From a virus (lineage: Duplodnaviria > Heunggongvirae > Uroviricota > Caudoviricetes), in the IMG/VR virus record IMGVR_UViG_3300025072_002801: a stretch of DNA of 37,709 nucleotides. One strand, written 5' to 3'. Both the position numbers and the translations under genes were made by a program. How positions within the stretch are numbered: position 1 is the stretch's first letter; every line of letters begins with the position of its first letter. Shown one piece after another: positions 17,629-26,323 of this stretch. The notes below the pieces were generated by a model. It did no database searches. It was not told where the DNA came from and saw nothing but the letters and a program-made list of their open reading frames with translations.

Positions 17629-18280
17629 TGTACCATTTTTCCACATCATCATTGATGTGATTTTTATAAACGCCCAAATCTCGACCCCAGCCATCGTTTG
17701 AAATATCAGGACATAAGACTATGAAGTAGGGACTAATCTTGCCAAAGGTGAGCCATCTGAGAATCGACCTACTTTCAACTGCTGTTAGTATATCTTCTTT
17801 TGTGGGCGTTTTTTTAAAAATATCTAGCAAAAAATCGCGAGTTTCTTCAAGTTCTCTAATCACCTTGGAGTGGTGAGGAACAGTCTTTACTTCTTCTGCT
17901 ATTGCATTTCCGTAATTCTTAGTGTCTTCAAATCGTTTGTTCCAGACTTTCCATCGCCACCAAGCCTTGTCTCCTATCAAACAACTTGGGTCAACTCGGT
18001 CTTTATTCTGCGAATATCCGTCTTTTTGGACTTTCAGGTTTGCATAGATGAAATACTTGTAATCATCTTCCGCCAACACTCCTTGCATTCGCTTTGCTAA
18101 CCCATAACAGCACTTAAACAGGTAGGATTTTCTAGGATCTCCTTTTCTTCTTAGCTTAGAGATCTTCTTGCCTGGAAAAAGTTTATAGCTCACCTGTTCC
18201 CAGATTAAAGCGAGTTTATAAGCTCTGCCTTCTAGGTCAGTCATTTCGTATTCTAATATTGCTGATAAATCCACTTTCAT
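17609..18280 (-). CDS. Putative gp59-like helicase loader
   Basis: AYKLAL, FIYANL and ILRWLTFGKISPYFIVL resemble recalled T4 gp59 segments; similar length; near a gp41-like helicase. Confidence 0.45.
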   Translation of the reverse strand: MKVDLSAILEYEMTDLEGRAYKLALIWEQVSYKLFPGKKISKLRRKGDPRKSYLFKCCYGLAKRMQGVLAEDDYKYFIYANLKVQKDGYSQNKDRVDPSCLIGDKAWWRWKVWNKRFEDTKNYGNAIAEEVKTVPHHSKVIRELEETRDFLLDIFKKTPTKEDILTAVESRSILRWLTFGKISPYFIVLCPDISNDGWGRDLGVYKNHINDDVEKWYSENFKK

Positions 18281-18288
18281 TACTCTTT

Positions 18289-18296
18289 TATTTATA
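18289..18296 (-). promoter_or_regulatory. T4-type late promoter TATAAATA
   Basis: Exact TATAAATA 8 nt upstream of ATG 18280. Confidence 0.6.
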
Positions 18297-18299
18297 GAT

Positions 18300-18319
18300 A
18301 GTTAGATAGAAACTGGCAC
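18300..18319 (+). repeat. 20-bp direct repeat, copy 1
   Basis: AGTTAGATAGAAACTGGCAC; copy 2 at 20001-20020 has one mismatch. Confidence 0.85.
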
Positions 18320-18382
18320 CGTTATTATTCTTAACAGAAATAATTAATTTTATCAATACAGAATAATAGAGGAAATTTTTAA

Positions 18383-18799
18383 ATGAAAAATCATTGGCTT
18401 GATAAAAATAAACCTCCCACAATCCTTGAATTAGAAACTCACATTCGTGGAATGAAATCTGAAAACTTTTTGGAACGTGATCTACACAAATGTTGGTTCA
18501 AGGAATGCATTTTAAAAATCATTAAAAAAGTAATCTACCTTAGGGGAAAATACTTCCATGGCAGAGAAGACGTTGTGCAAGATTGCCTATCTTTGTGCTT
18601 GAAAAAAGTGCATAAATTCAATCTGGGTAAAGGAAATGCTTGGAATTATTTTAGCACCATTATTTTAGGGCATTTATACCAACTAAAAAGGAGCGAAGAA
18701 AATGAAAAACAAATGGATACAAGAAGATTCAGCGGTAGAAAAACTAGAGAAGATATTTGGAAAGATTCCAGAACCGACAGATATAGACAGAATATTTGA
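18383..18799 (+). CDS. Sigma region-2 (gp55-like) protein, MKNxW family
   Basis: EDVVQDCLSLCLKKVHKFNLGKGNAWNYFSTII resembles gp55/sigma70 region 2. Confidence 0.6.
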   Translation: MKNHWLDKNKPPTILELETHIRGMKSENFLERDLHKCWFKECILKIIKKVIYLRGKYFHGREDVVQDCLSLCLKKVHKFNLGKGNAWNYFSTIILGHLYQLKRSEENEKQMDTRRFSGRKTREDIWKDSRTDRYRQNI

Positions 18800-18974
18800 A
18801 TTAAGTGAAGCCTTAAGCCAAGAAAAGGACAGGAATGCTTATATGAAAGAAGGAATTCGCATAATGGAAGAAAAAATAGAAGAATATTTTGCTCCTAGAG
18901 GGTGTGATCTATTGTATTTTGAAAAACGAAAACGAGAAATAAGAGATATGATTACAAATTTAAAAAAGGTATAA
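18702..18974 (+). CDS. Hypothetical protein, MKNxW family
   Basis: MKNKWIQED; AGGAG RBS. Confidence 0.7.
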   Translation: MKNKWIQEDSAVEKLEKIFGKIPEPTDIDRIFELSEALSQEKDRNAYMKEGIRIMEEKIEEYFAPRGCDLLYFEKRKREIRDMITNLKKV

Positions 18975-18978
18975 TGAT

Positions 18979-19770
18979 ATGAAGAATAAATGGATAAAAG
19001 AATCTGAAAAGGTTTCGTGCGTTACGAACGCAGTACAGGGATTACAAGATCCTAAACAAATCGTCTTTGAAACTACTAAGCTCATCGAGAAGTGGAAAAT
19101 AGAAGATGAATGCAATAAAATATTTGGGCAGGTACATAGAGGGGAATTGAGTGCATACGGAATAGATTTCAGTAATTGTATTAATCAATTAACAAATGAG
19201 TGTATTGAATGCATGAAATTCCATTCCGTGGATGAAAAACATGTTCAAGCATCATGTCGAAACGTATGCATAAGAGAAGTTCATAACTTCGATCCAAATA
19301 AGTGTAATGCTTACAGCTTTATGTCTGCGTTAATTGGAAACAATATTCGTCAATTGAAATCTAAATTCAATAACGAACTAGGCGGGTGGGAGATAAAAGA
19401 CTTGACCCCTTGCGATGTAAAAATTGAGAATTCCATTGAAGACAAAGAAGACAAAACCAATTTTGATCTAAAAATGGAAAATGAAAATTTAAAAATGGAT
19501 TTGGCTGTCGAAAGAACAAGGATAGAAGAATGGAAAAAATTAAGGCAACGATGGCGGAAGCAGGCGAGGCAACGTGATGAAAAACTACTCAGCGAAAATA
19601 AAGAGTTGAGAGCAGACCTAACAAATTCATTGTCAGGAGTTAAAAAAGATCTTGAAGATGTTATATTTTACGGAGATAGAGAAACATCAGATTTGAAACT
19701 TGTGGTACTAACTCTAAAAGACATAGTAAAAGACATAGTAAAAGACATAGATGAAAAAGGAGAGATATAA
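18979..19770 (+). CDS. Sigma region-2-like plus coiled-coil protein, MKNxW family
   Basis: MKNKWIKES; CIREVHNFDPNKCNAYSFMSALI; ends in KDIV-KDIV-KDID. Confidence 0.6.
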   Translation: MKNKWIKESEKVSCVTNAVQGLQDPKQIVFETTKLIEKWKIEDECNKIFGQVHRGELSAYGIDFSNCINQLTNECIECMKFHSVDEKHVQASCRNVCIREVHNFDPNKCNAYSFMSALIGNNIRQLKSKFNNELGGWEIKDLTPCDVKIENSIEDKEDKTNFDLKMENENLKMDLAVERTRIEEWKKLRQRWRKQARQRDEKLLSENKELRADLTNSLSGVKKDLEDVIFYGDRETSDLKLVVLTLKDIVKDIVKDIDEKGEI

Positions 19771-19895
19771 TGAAGAATCCTTGGATTGATGAAGAAATTT
19801 CTAAAGAATGGCTAATAGAGCTTATTCGTAAAATTGAAAGTGGCGAAGTATGTGAAGATGAATTTAGAAAATATGTTAAAACAAAATTTAAATAA
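19770..19895 (+). CDS. 41-aa MKNxW family protein (not in ORF track)
   Basis: MKNPWIDEE...; AAGGAG RBS and TAATG coupling. Confidence 0.65.
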   Translation: MKNPWIDEEISKEWLIELIRKIESGEVCEDEFRKYVKTKFK

Positions 19896-19935
19896 AACGC
19901 CCCTTGCATCCGACTTCATATTGTATACAATTACA

Positions 19936-20576
19936 TCAACAACTGTTTTTACTTTCGTTCAACAAGCAACATTCTAATACTTTCATTACTTGCTACTTTC
20001 AGTTAGATAGAAATTGGCACATTACTTAATTTTAAAAAATAGAGAAAGATTCTCTAGTCATTCGTTATGTTGCTCAGAACTTTGAACGGGGCGGTAAATT
20101 TTAAATTTTATTTACTGTCAATAAGGCAAGGATGCAAAAAGATACTGAAGGAGATTTATCTCCATGGTGTGCAGGGTTAAAAACTCCCCTGTAGATATGT
20201 ATGTTTGTAGTCAGAAACAGAAGTGTAGATGAAAAAGAACTTTTCCTAATAATAGGTTTTTTCCAGGCAACGGGTAAGTAGTGGATCTTACAGTTACGGG
20301 TTACGTCCTGGTCCATACGCAATGGTAATAAAGTTCTTGCATAAATTGAAAACAATAAAGTTGATCTCTCTTTGTTGCTCACACGTATCTTTAAACGACC
20401 TCCTAGAAAAGACCTTGAGTATCTAATTTTTCGTCCCCAGCTTTAAAATTGCTTAATCTCTTTTATTGTCAGGGAAACCCTTGTGCTCTAATTTAATTAA
20501 CAACAAACATTAAATTAAACGCCCCTCTTGAGAACTCTCTTCTCTTCATAGAAACCTAAGAAAGAAATTTAAAGAT
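19936..20576 (+). ncRNA. Candidate structured non-coding RNA and/or replication origin (ends approximate)
   Basis: No credible ORF; upstream TTGCAT-16-TACAAT (19904-19931); nested complementary segments. Confidence 0.4.
20001..20020 (+). repeat. 20-bp direct repeat, copy 2
   Basis: AGTTAGATAGAAATTGGCAC. Confidence 0.85.
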
Positions 20577-20577
20577 C

Positions 20578-20606
20578 TTGATCTATGAGTCCGATGCATG
20601 TATTCT
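20578..20606 (+). promoter_or_regulatory. Sigma70-like promoter
   Basis: TTGATC-17-TATTCT, followed by an AGGAG RBS. Confidence 0.55.
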
Positions 20607-20638
20607 AGGTGGACAGAAATTAATTTAGGAGAATAGTG

Positions 20639-21049
20639 ATGAAAAATAGTTGGGTTGATAAAAAGTCGTTAGAAGCAGAAATCAAAAAAAATAACGACCA
20701 TCTGGAAGAAATGTGGAAAGACGAAAGAAATCTTATGAGAATAGAAAAATTAGAACATGATCTAAACGCTCAGATTAATATTGCTTTGAGAGAATTTAGT
20801 AGTTGTAATTGGAATTTTATTCAAAGTTTCCTTTGGCGATACAAAGGCGTTTCAGAAGTACAAGCCCTGAACATTGCCAGAAAAGTATTAAAAGAAGCGA
20901 TTGATCTTTATATTAAAAAAGAATGGAGTAACGTCAAGACTTTTGGAAACGATTGGAAAGGAAATTCTGGAGCGACCGCAAATTGTGATGAAGGGTTTAG
21001 AGCTATATGTGTCCGTGAAGAACTTGCCTTGGAATTTGTCTTAAAGTAA
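20639..21049 (+). CDS. Hypothetical protein, MKNxW family
   Basis: MKNSWVDKK; AGGAG RBS. Confidence 0.7.
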   Translation: MKNSWVDKKSLEAEIKKNNDHLEEMWKDERNLMRIEKLEHDLNAQINIALREFSSCNWNFIQSFLWRYKGVSEVQALNIARKVLKEAIDLYIKKEWSNVKTFGNDWKGNSGATANCDEGFRAICVREELALEFVLK

Positions 21050-21060
21050 TTTCAATTTAA

Positions 21061-21095
21061 AAAAAACGTCCATAGGGGGCGTTTTAATTTTTCTT
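21061..21095. terminator. Hairpin, possible intrinsic terminator
   Basis: AAAACGTCC/GGGCGTTTT stem with A and T tracts on either side. Confidence 0.5.
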
Positions 21096-21114
21096 TCCTT
21101 CTACGATTACAACA

Positions 21115-22536
21115 ATGTATTTATTGGAATTAAGCAAACAACTGCGATCTATTGCGAAAGGTCCTGCATATGTGTATTGTCCTCTCATGGATTTTACGCA
21201 AAAGTCTACATCTTACATTAGGGTGTATGGCAAGGAGATTTCAATAAAGATTCCTCTCGATATTGAGGATCTTCCGCAAGTAAAAGCAATTCTAAAGGGT
21301 ACGATCTTTTCTTCAGGACATTCTGTAATTGCTTGGGACATCAAAAACCTCTATAGCTACATGCAGCACCATACTAAGTCTCCACTGAAGTGGGTTAGTT
21401 CTGGAAAAGAGATAAGTGAGCTTATAGGAGACACAGAGGATAAGGGCAGAAAGGAATGGCTCACTGACGATACAGAGTCGCATGAATTAAATAAAACGCC
21501 CGTTGTAAAGAATCCTGCTATTTTTGACCTTAAGGTAATTGAAAGGTATCGAGGAAAGGAGTTGGCGGAACCTCAATCTTACATTGATGCTATGAAGCGA
21601 TTACGTTTGGTGTACAACAAAGACGTGGCTAATGTTTACAATAAAGTACATCTGCCGTTGTTGACGCAGGTAATCCCAGATATAGAGACTGTTGGAATTA
21701 TACGTGACAAGATTAAGGTTCATGCAAATTATGAAGTTGAGGGACAAGTAAATGGAAGACTTAAGTGTCGTGGACTGTTTGCAAGGACGTATAATCCACA
21801 TGTCATTCCTTCTGATGAAAGATTTCTTTTCAAACCTACTTGCTGGAATTGCAATGACGTAACTTTGTCAGAGATGGCATTTATTGAACTTGATTACAAT
21901 GCTTTGGAAGTAAGGGTTTTGCAATGGCTGTCAAAAGATGAGAAGTTAGGAGAGATGTTGAGTGGTGGTGATGTTTATTTAAATATGTGGAATGAGATAA
22001 CTGGTCAAAACGAAACTGGTGCCGAAGCCAGATCTTTTATGAAAGGTTTGTTTCTTCCATTGGTTTACGGTGCAGGAGTGGCGACATTAGCAAAAACGTT
22101 AAATATAAACGAAGAAACTGCTAATAAGTTAATAAATAGGACATACGAAGTTTTTCCTGATTCTTTCGCCTACCTTGAATCACAGCAGAATTCTGTTAAA
22201 AACGGCGTAATTACAGACTGTTTTGGCAGAAAAAGGGTCATAGAAGCTGGTAAAGAATATCAAGTTCGTAATTTTTGCGTACAATCACCAGCCTCCACTA
22301 TTTGCTTATCAAAATTAATTGATTTGAATGATATGCTTAAAATTAAAAAAATAGGCAAAATAGGCTTTTATGTGCATGACGGTTATGTTATTTTTCTAGG
22401 TAAGTCCAATGGCAAAGATGTTGTAAGGCATTCTGTTAGAGTGTTGGAGGCTGAATCTGCTCTAGCCCCTGGTTTGGAATTAGCGGTTAGTTGTCATGGT
22501 GGCTTTGTCCTTAATGAAATGAAATCTATAAAATAG
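21115..22536 (+). CDS. polA: Family A DNA polymerase-like protein (short, 473 aa)
   Basis: GQVNGRL, motif A DYNALEVRVL, motif B RSFMK...LVYG, NFCVQS, motif C VHDG. Confidence 0.85.
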   Translation: MYLLELSKQLRSIAKGPAYVYCPLMDFTQKSTSYIRVYGKEISIKIPLDIEDLPQVKAILKGTIFSSGHSVIAWDIKNLYSYMQHHTKSPLKWVSSGKEISELIGDTEDKGRKEWLTDDTESHELNKTPVVKNPAIFDLKVIERYRGKELAEPQSYIDAMKRLRLVYNKDVANVYNKVHLPLLTQVIPDIETVGIIRDKIKVHANYEVEGQVNGRLKCRGLFARTYNPHVIPSDERFLFKPTCWNCNDVTLSEMAFIELDYNALEVRVLQWLSKDEKLGEMLSGGDVYLNMWNEITGQNETGAEARSFMKGLFLPLVYGAGVATLAKTLNINEETANKLINRTYEVFPDSFAYLESQQNSVKNGVITDCFGRKRVIEAGKEYQVRNFCVQSPASTICLSKLIDLNDMLKIKKIGKIGFYVHDGYVIFLGKSNGKDVVRHSVRVLEAESALAPGLELAVSCHGGFVLNEMKSIK

Positions 22537-22544
22537 GAGGTTCT

Positions 22545-23111
22545 ATGCAAAAAGGCGTAGAAGCCATCTTTCTTAATTTCCCATTGTCTAATGAGGAATA
22601 TGCAGAGTTGGATGAAAAGTTTGGCAAGTTGTGTTACAAGGCAAACTGGCAGTTGAAGCATAAGAATTACAGAAACAACATGATTGATGACAAAGATGAT
22701 GTTGATCAAGAATTGAGAATAAAATTAATCACAGCAGGCGTTTATCACAAGAGACAGGTTTACATTGAGTCTTCGTTGGAAACCGCACAGAAGCACGCTA
22801 ATGATGCATTGACGAAAGCTGTTGTTGATGAACTTTGTCATTTGTGGGAAAACCGCAAGAGGCATGGGGCAAATCGTCAAAAGTTTGGAGAACATCAGGA
22901 AATGATTTTAGAAAAAATCATAAGTAAGGTTGTTCCAAAAGTAGACAGACCAAATAAGAGAGCAAATTTAGAAATAGATACAAAGTTTTCAACCTATTGT
23001 AAAACAATTATTTGGAATGGATTGAAAACAATGGGCAAGAAGATAACAAGAGAAAAGTCCATTCGAGGCGGGCAAGTGTCATTGTCAGAGTTTGATTACT
23101 TAGGTGGATAA
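22545..23111 (+). CDS. Sigma-factor-like protein with insertion in region 2
   Basis: DDVDQELRIKL and TKFSTYCKTIIWN halves separated by ~80 aa; C-terminal VSL. Confidence 0.5.
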   Translation: MQKGVEAIFLNFPLSNEEYAELDEKFGKLCYKANWQLKHKNYRNNMIDDKDDVDQELRIKLITAGVYHKRQVYIESSLETAQKHANDALTKAVVDELCHLWENRKRHGANRQKFGEHQEMILEKIISKVVPKVDRPNKRANLEIDTKFSTYCKTIIWNGLKTMGKKITREKSIRGGQVSLSEFDYLGG

Positions 23112-23131
23112 AATTAATAATTGCAATATGG

Positions 23132-23198
23132 TTAAGCTTCGGAAAGATGAGTCCGAATAGTTTTGTTGGATGACTAATCCAACTTTATAACAAGCCTA
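23132..23198 (+). promoter_or_regulatory. Structured leader (three-stem junction) upstream of the helicase
   Basis: TTAAGCT/AGCCTAA (one mismatch) encloses TCGGA/TCCGA and GTTGGAT/ATCCAAC hairpins, directly before the AAGGAG RBS. Confidence 0.5.
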
Positions 23199-23213
23199 AA
23201 GGAGAACGCCACT

Positions 23214-24785
23214 GTGACAGAATTAGATGAATTAGATATTGAACAACAAGCCGTTTTAGAATCCCTTGTAAGTCCATTTGAAGAAGTTGATGTTAAATAT
23301 GATTTAGACATTGATATTCAAAGGCATATATTGGGAATGCTGATGACGGACAACCACTTTATGACACAAAGTTTGGATCTTATTCAATCCAAGTATTTTG
23401 TGAACGTTGCTCACGAATCTATTCACGCATCTGTGACTGGATTTTTTGAAACTTATAAAGCTATGCCTCATAAGTTTTATATTCGACAAGAGTTAAGTCG
23501 TAAGGCGAAAGACGATGATCAGGCGGTATATTTCCTAGCTGAGTTAGATGCTATCGCAGAGTATTACGTTCCTGGTGTTGAGCATAGGGAATATCTTTTA
23601 GACAAGATAACGAATTTTGCTAAAACGGAAGCAATGAGAATTGCATTTAGCAAGTGCATTAAAATGTTGAACCAGCCTAACAATCGTGAGGTATGGGGAG
23701 ACATAAGCAATACGCTTCGTGAAGCTCAGATGGTTGATCGAAATCATGACGTTGGTTTGGATTATTTTAGAACAGTGGATCAGCGATATGATGAGATGAA
23801 AGAAGAGGTGGAAAACAAAGAGGCATTTCCTACTGGCTTCCCTGATATTGATGAAGCTTTGGGGGGAGGTTTGGGAAGAGGAGAAATTGGTGCATGGATC
23901 GCACTTCCTGGCGCTGGTAAATCTCTTGCCTTAGTAAAAAACACAGTGGCGAATTTGGTTCGCGGAAAAAAGGTTTTATTTATATCTTTGGAAATGGATC
24001 AACCTAAGATCGCTCAAAGATTTGATGCTCAATTGGCAATTCAGAATATTTCAGAACTTCACCTCAAAAAAACAGCAGTTGTTCAGGCGTTAGAGGAATT
24101 TGTAAAAGATTACGAAGATAGAAGAAGATTAATAATTAAGCAGTTTCCTAGTGGTGGGGCAGACGTTAATACAATTCGTGCTTTTTTGCAACAACTTGAA
24201 TTGCACGGTTTCAAACCAGACTTGCTTATAGTGGATTATATTGGAGAAATGAAAGATTTGCCTAATATGCCAGTGCATGAATCGAGAGAGAAGTTGATTC
24301 AACAATTGCGTGGATTGGGAACAGAAAATGGACATGCAACTTTTACTGCTTTACAGCCTAATCGTTCCGCAAAAGAGGCTCAAGAAGGCACTACATTTAT
24401 TGACGATGGGCAAATTGGAGACTCTTACAATCAGTTTAGACCTTTGGACGCTTTCTGGTCAATTAATCAGACTCAACTAGAAAAAAATCAAGGTTTAGGT
24501 CGTGTTTTTGTAATTAAGCATAGAAATGGTGCAAGTAAATTTGGATTCGAAATTGGATACGATTACGGACCAGATAAATGTCGTGAAGAAGGCGTATGTA
24601 GCTTGAATATGTTTCAGGTAGAAAAACAGTTCTATCACGAGAAGATGAACGAAGCTAGAGAAGAGGCTAAGGAAACTACCAAGATAGATGCCTTACCTAA
24701 AGGCAAATTAAAATTGGGAAACACCCAAGAAGATGCAATACAAAGTATCATTGGAAATAATTACGATAATGGAGAAGCAAGATGA
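23214..24785 (+). CDS. Replicative helicase, DnaB/T4 gp41-like
   Basis: PTGFPDID, ALPGAGKS, FISLEM, LIVDYI, TALQPNR, VIKHRNG. Confidence 0.92.
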   Translation: MTELDELDIEQQAVLESLVSPFEEVDVKYDLDIDIQRHILGMLMTDNHFMTQSLDLIQSKYFVNVAHESIHASVTGFFETYKAMPHKFYIRQELSRKAKDDDQAVYFLAELDAIAEYYVPGVEHREYLLDKITNFAKTEAMRIAFSKCIKMLNQPNNREVWGDISNTLREAQMVDRNHDVGLDYFRTVDQRYDEMKEEVENKEAFPTGFPDIDEALGGGLGRGEIGAWIALPGAGKSLALVKNTVANLVRGKKVLFISLEMDQPKIAQRFDAQLAIQNISELHLKKTAVVQALEEFVKDYEDRRRLIIKQFPSGGADVNTIRAFLQQLELHGFKPDLLIVDYIGEMKDLPNMPVHESREKLIQQLRGLGTENGHATFTALQPNRSAKEAQEGTTFIDDGQIGDSYNQFRPLDAFWSINQTQLEKNQGLGRVFVIKHRNGASKFGFEIGYDYGPDKCREEGVCSLNMFQVEKQFYHEKMNEAREEAKETTKIDALPKGKLKLGNTQEDAIQSIIGNNYDNGEAR

Positions 24786-25252
24786 GCGAAGATTCCTATA
24801 CAATTAAAATTGGGAAAAAAGAGATTGTTCTTGATCCTACAAACATGTCATTTAACGAAGTTAGTTTAAGTGAATTTTTCCAAAAGTCAGCAGGATATTA
24901 TGACAATTTTGGTCGTGCATTAGCGGACTTAGAAGGACTGCATCAAATGCGAAAGATGGAATACGATAGAGTTTCGTCTGAAAAGTTTGATAAATACAAA
25001 ACAGAAGGTGGCTGTAGTGATAAGCTTGCGGCTGCTAGAACTGATTCAGATGAAGAGGTGTTGGAAGCTAGAAAAGGGATGATCTCTGCCATGAGAAATG
25101 TAAATTTGGTAAAGAACCATCTTAGAGCATGGGATAAGGCTCATGATAATGCGTTGTCAACAGGACACATGCTCCGTAAAGAAATGGACAAGCTTGGAGC
25201 TAGTGTCAAAGATACGACCGAACAGGAACTTGGTGAGGTATTTGGGAAATGA
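24782..25252 (+). CDS. uvsY: UvsY-like recombination mediator
   Basis: 156-aa all-helical protein coupled directly after the gp41-like gene; family call is tentative. Confidence 0.5.
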   Translation: MSEDSYTIKIGKKEIVLDPTNMSFNEVSLSEFFQKSAGYYDNFGRALADLEGLHQMRKMEYDRVSSEKFDKYKTEGGCSDKLAAARTDSDEEVLEARKGMISAMRNVNLVKNHLRAWDKAHDNALSTGHMLRKEMDKLGASVKDTTEQELGEVFGK

Positions 25253-25260
25253 TTTTAAAA

Positions 25261-25289
25261 TGGATTATTTTAGAAGTGGTATGTATAAT
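25261..25289 (+). promoter_or_regulatory. Promoter
   Basis: TGGATT-17-TATAAT, then a GGAGG RBS. Confidence 0.6.
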
Positions 25290-25331
25290 TTTATTGCTGC
25301 CTAGTATATTTGTAATTGGAGGATAGGTGTA

Positions 25332-25592
25332 ATGGTTGCGTTAAATATTTTAATATTTATTATGTGTATAGTCTATCTTACGATGACAGTTCGCAGGTGG
25401 ATGAAAGAAGGGTTTGCATCACCGAGGTCAAGGGATTATATGGAAAGAGAATGTTGGGTTATAGCTTCATTGTTCATTCTTAATATTGTTTTATTCGGAG
25501 TCTCCGATGGAGCATTAGGTCTTGTCCCAGCAGTGTTATGGGGATTTTGCTTGTGTATGACTTTGGTATGTTCACAGCTTGATTGTGGTTAA
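25332..25592 (+). CDS. Small three-TM membrane protein
   Basis: Three hydrophobic segments; GGAGG RBS. Confidence 0.7.
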   Translation: MVALNILIFIMCIVYLTMTVRRWMKEGFASPRSRDYMERECWVIASLFILNIVLFGVSDGALGLVPAVLWGFCLCMTLVCSQLDCG

Positions 25593-26269
25593 CGTTTTTT
25601 CATTTTCTTTTTCATTTTCTTTTTCATCATTCCGCCAGCCATAGCACCGCCTTGAGCGCCAGCGCTGTTCATTCCGCCCATATTTCCTCCTGGGGCGGGC
25701 TTTCTTTGCATATTGCCAAAATTTGGATCTTTTTTATACCACTTTTTGGCATCTTCGCCTTCATTTCCATCTGTGTACCAGCCTCCTTCAAAGAAGTTTA
25801 TAAATTCTTTGAAGCTTTCTAAAACTTTTTGTGGCGGTCTAGACAAGCCAGATGTTCTTCCTGTTTCTGTTGTAAAGAGAAACCTAACAGGAACTTTTGT
25901 TTGTCCTAATTCTTTAGCTATTGCTAATCTATGGTTTCCTTCACCTAAATTAGCCTTTCCATCTTGTCCAATAATCATTATTAAAGATTCTTTTAAGTCC
26001 CATCCTTTTTCAATGGATTTTTTAAGAGCGTCCCATTTTTCTGGACCTTTATATTCCTGCGGCTCCTTTCCTTTGCGATACTCCCACCTGTCTCCAAAGC
26101 CTGGACGTGATGTTTCTCTAGTCCATGTATAATCTCTGAATGGCCAAATTTCATTTATGTTCATCCAAATTGGCATAGATCCATCATAAGCTTTGTCTCC
26201 ATCGACAGCCCATTTCTGGACTATTTCTTTTAGGCTCATGCCATCTTTGGCTGAATAATACTGCATCAT
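25589..26269 (-). CDS. ParB/Srx-like domain protein with basic MKKK tail
   Basis: LKKSIEKGW...LGEGNHRLAIAKELGQTKVPV; start reassigned to 26269 (AGGAG RBS). Confidence 0.75.
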   Translation of the reverse strand: MMQYYSAKDGMSLKEIVQKWAVDGDKAYDGSMPIWMNINEIWPFRDYTWTRETSRPGFGDRWEYRKGKEPQEYKGPEKWDALKKSIEKGWDLKESLIMIIGQDGKANLGEGNHRLAIAKELGQTKVPVRFLFTTETGRTSGLSRPPQKVLESFKEFINFFEGGWYTDGNEGEDAKKWYKKDPNFGNMQRKPAPGGNMGGMNSAGAQGGAMAGGMMKKKMKKKMKKR

Positions 26270-26323
26270 TTTTATATTTGCTCCTTGGATCAATATATAT
26301 ATATCTAGAGAAAAAGGGAGAAT

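Noticed and set aside
18314-20030. Sigma54 promoters at the TGGCAC sites
   Set aside because: Neither copy has the -12 TTGC element.
20101-20382. 93-aa minus-strand ORF in the non-coding region
   Set aside because: GTG start without a clear RBS and no recognisable motifs; cannot be fully excluded.
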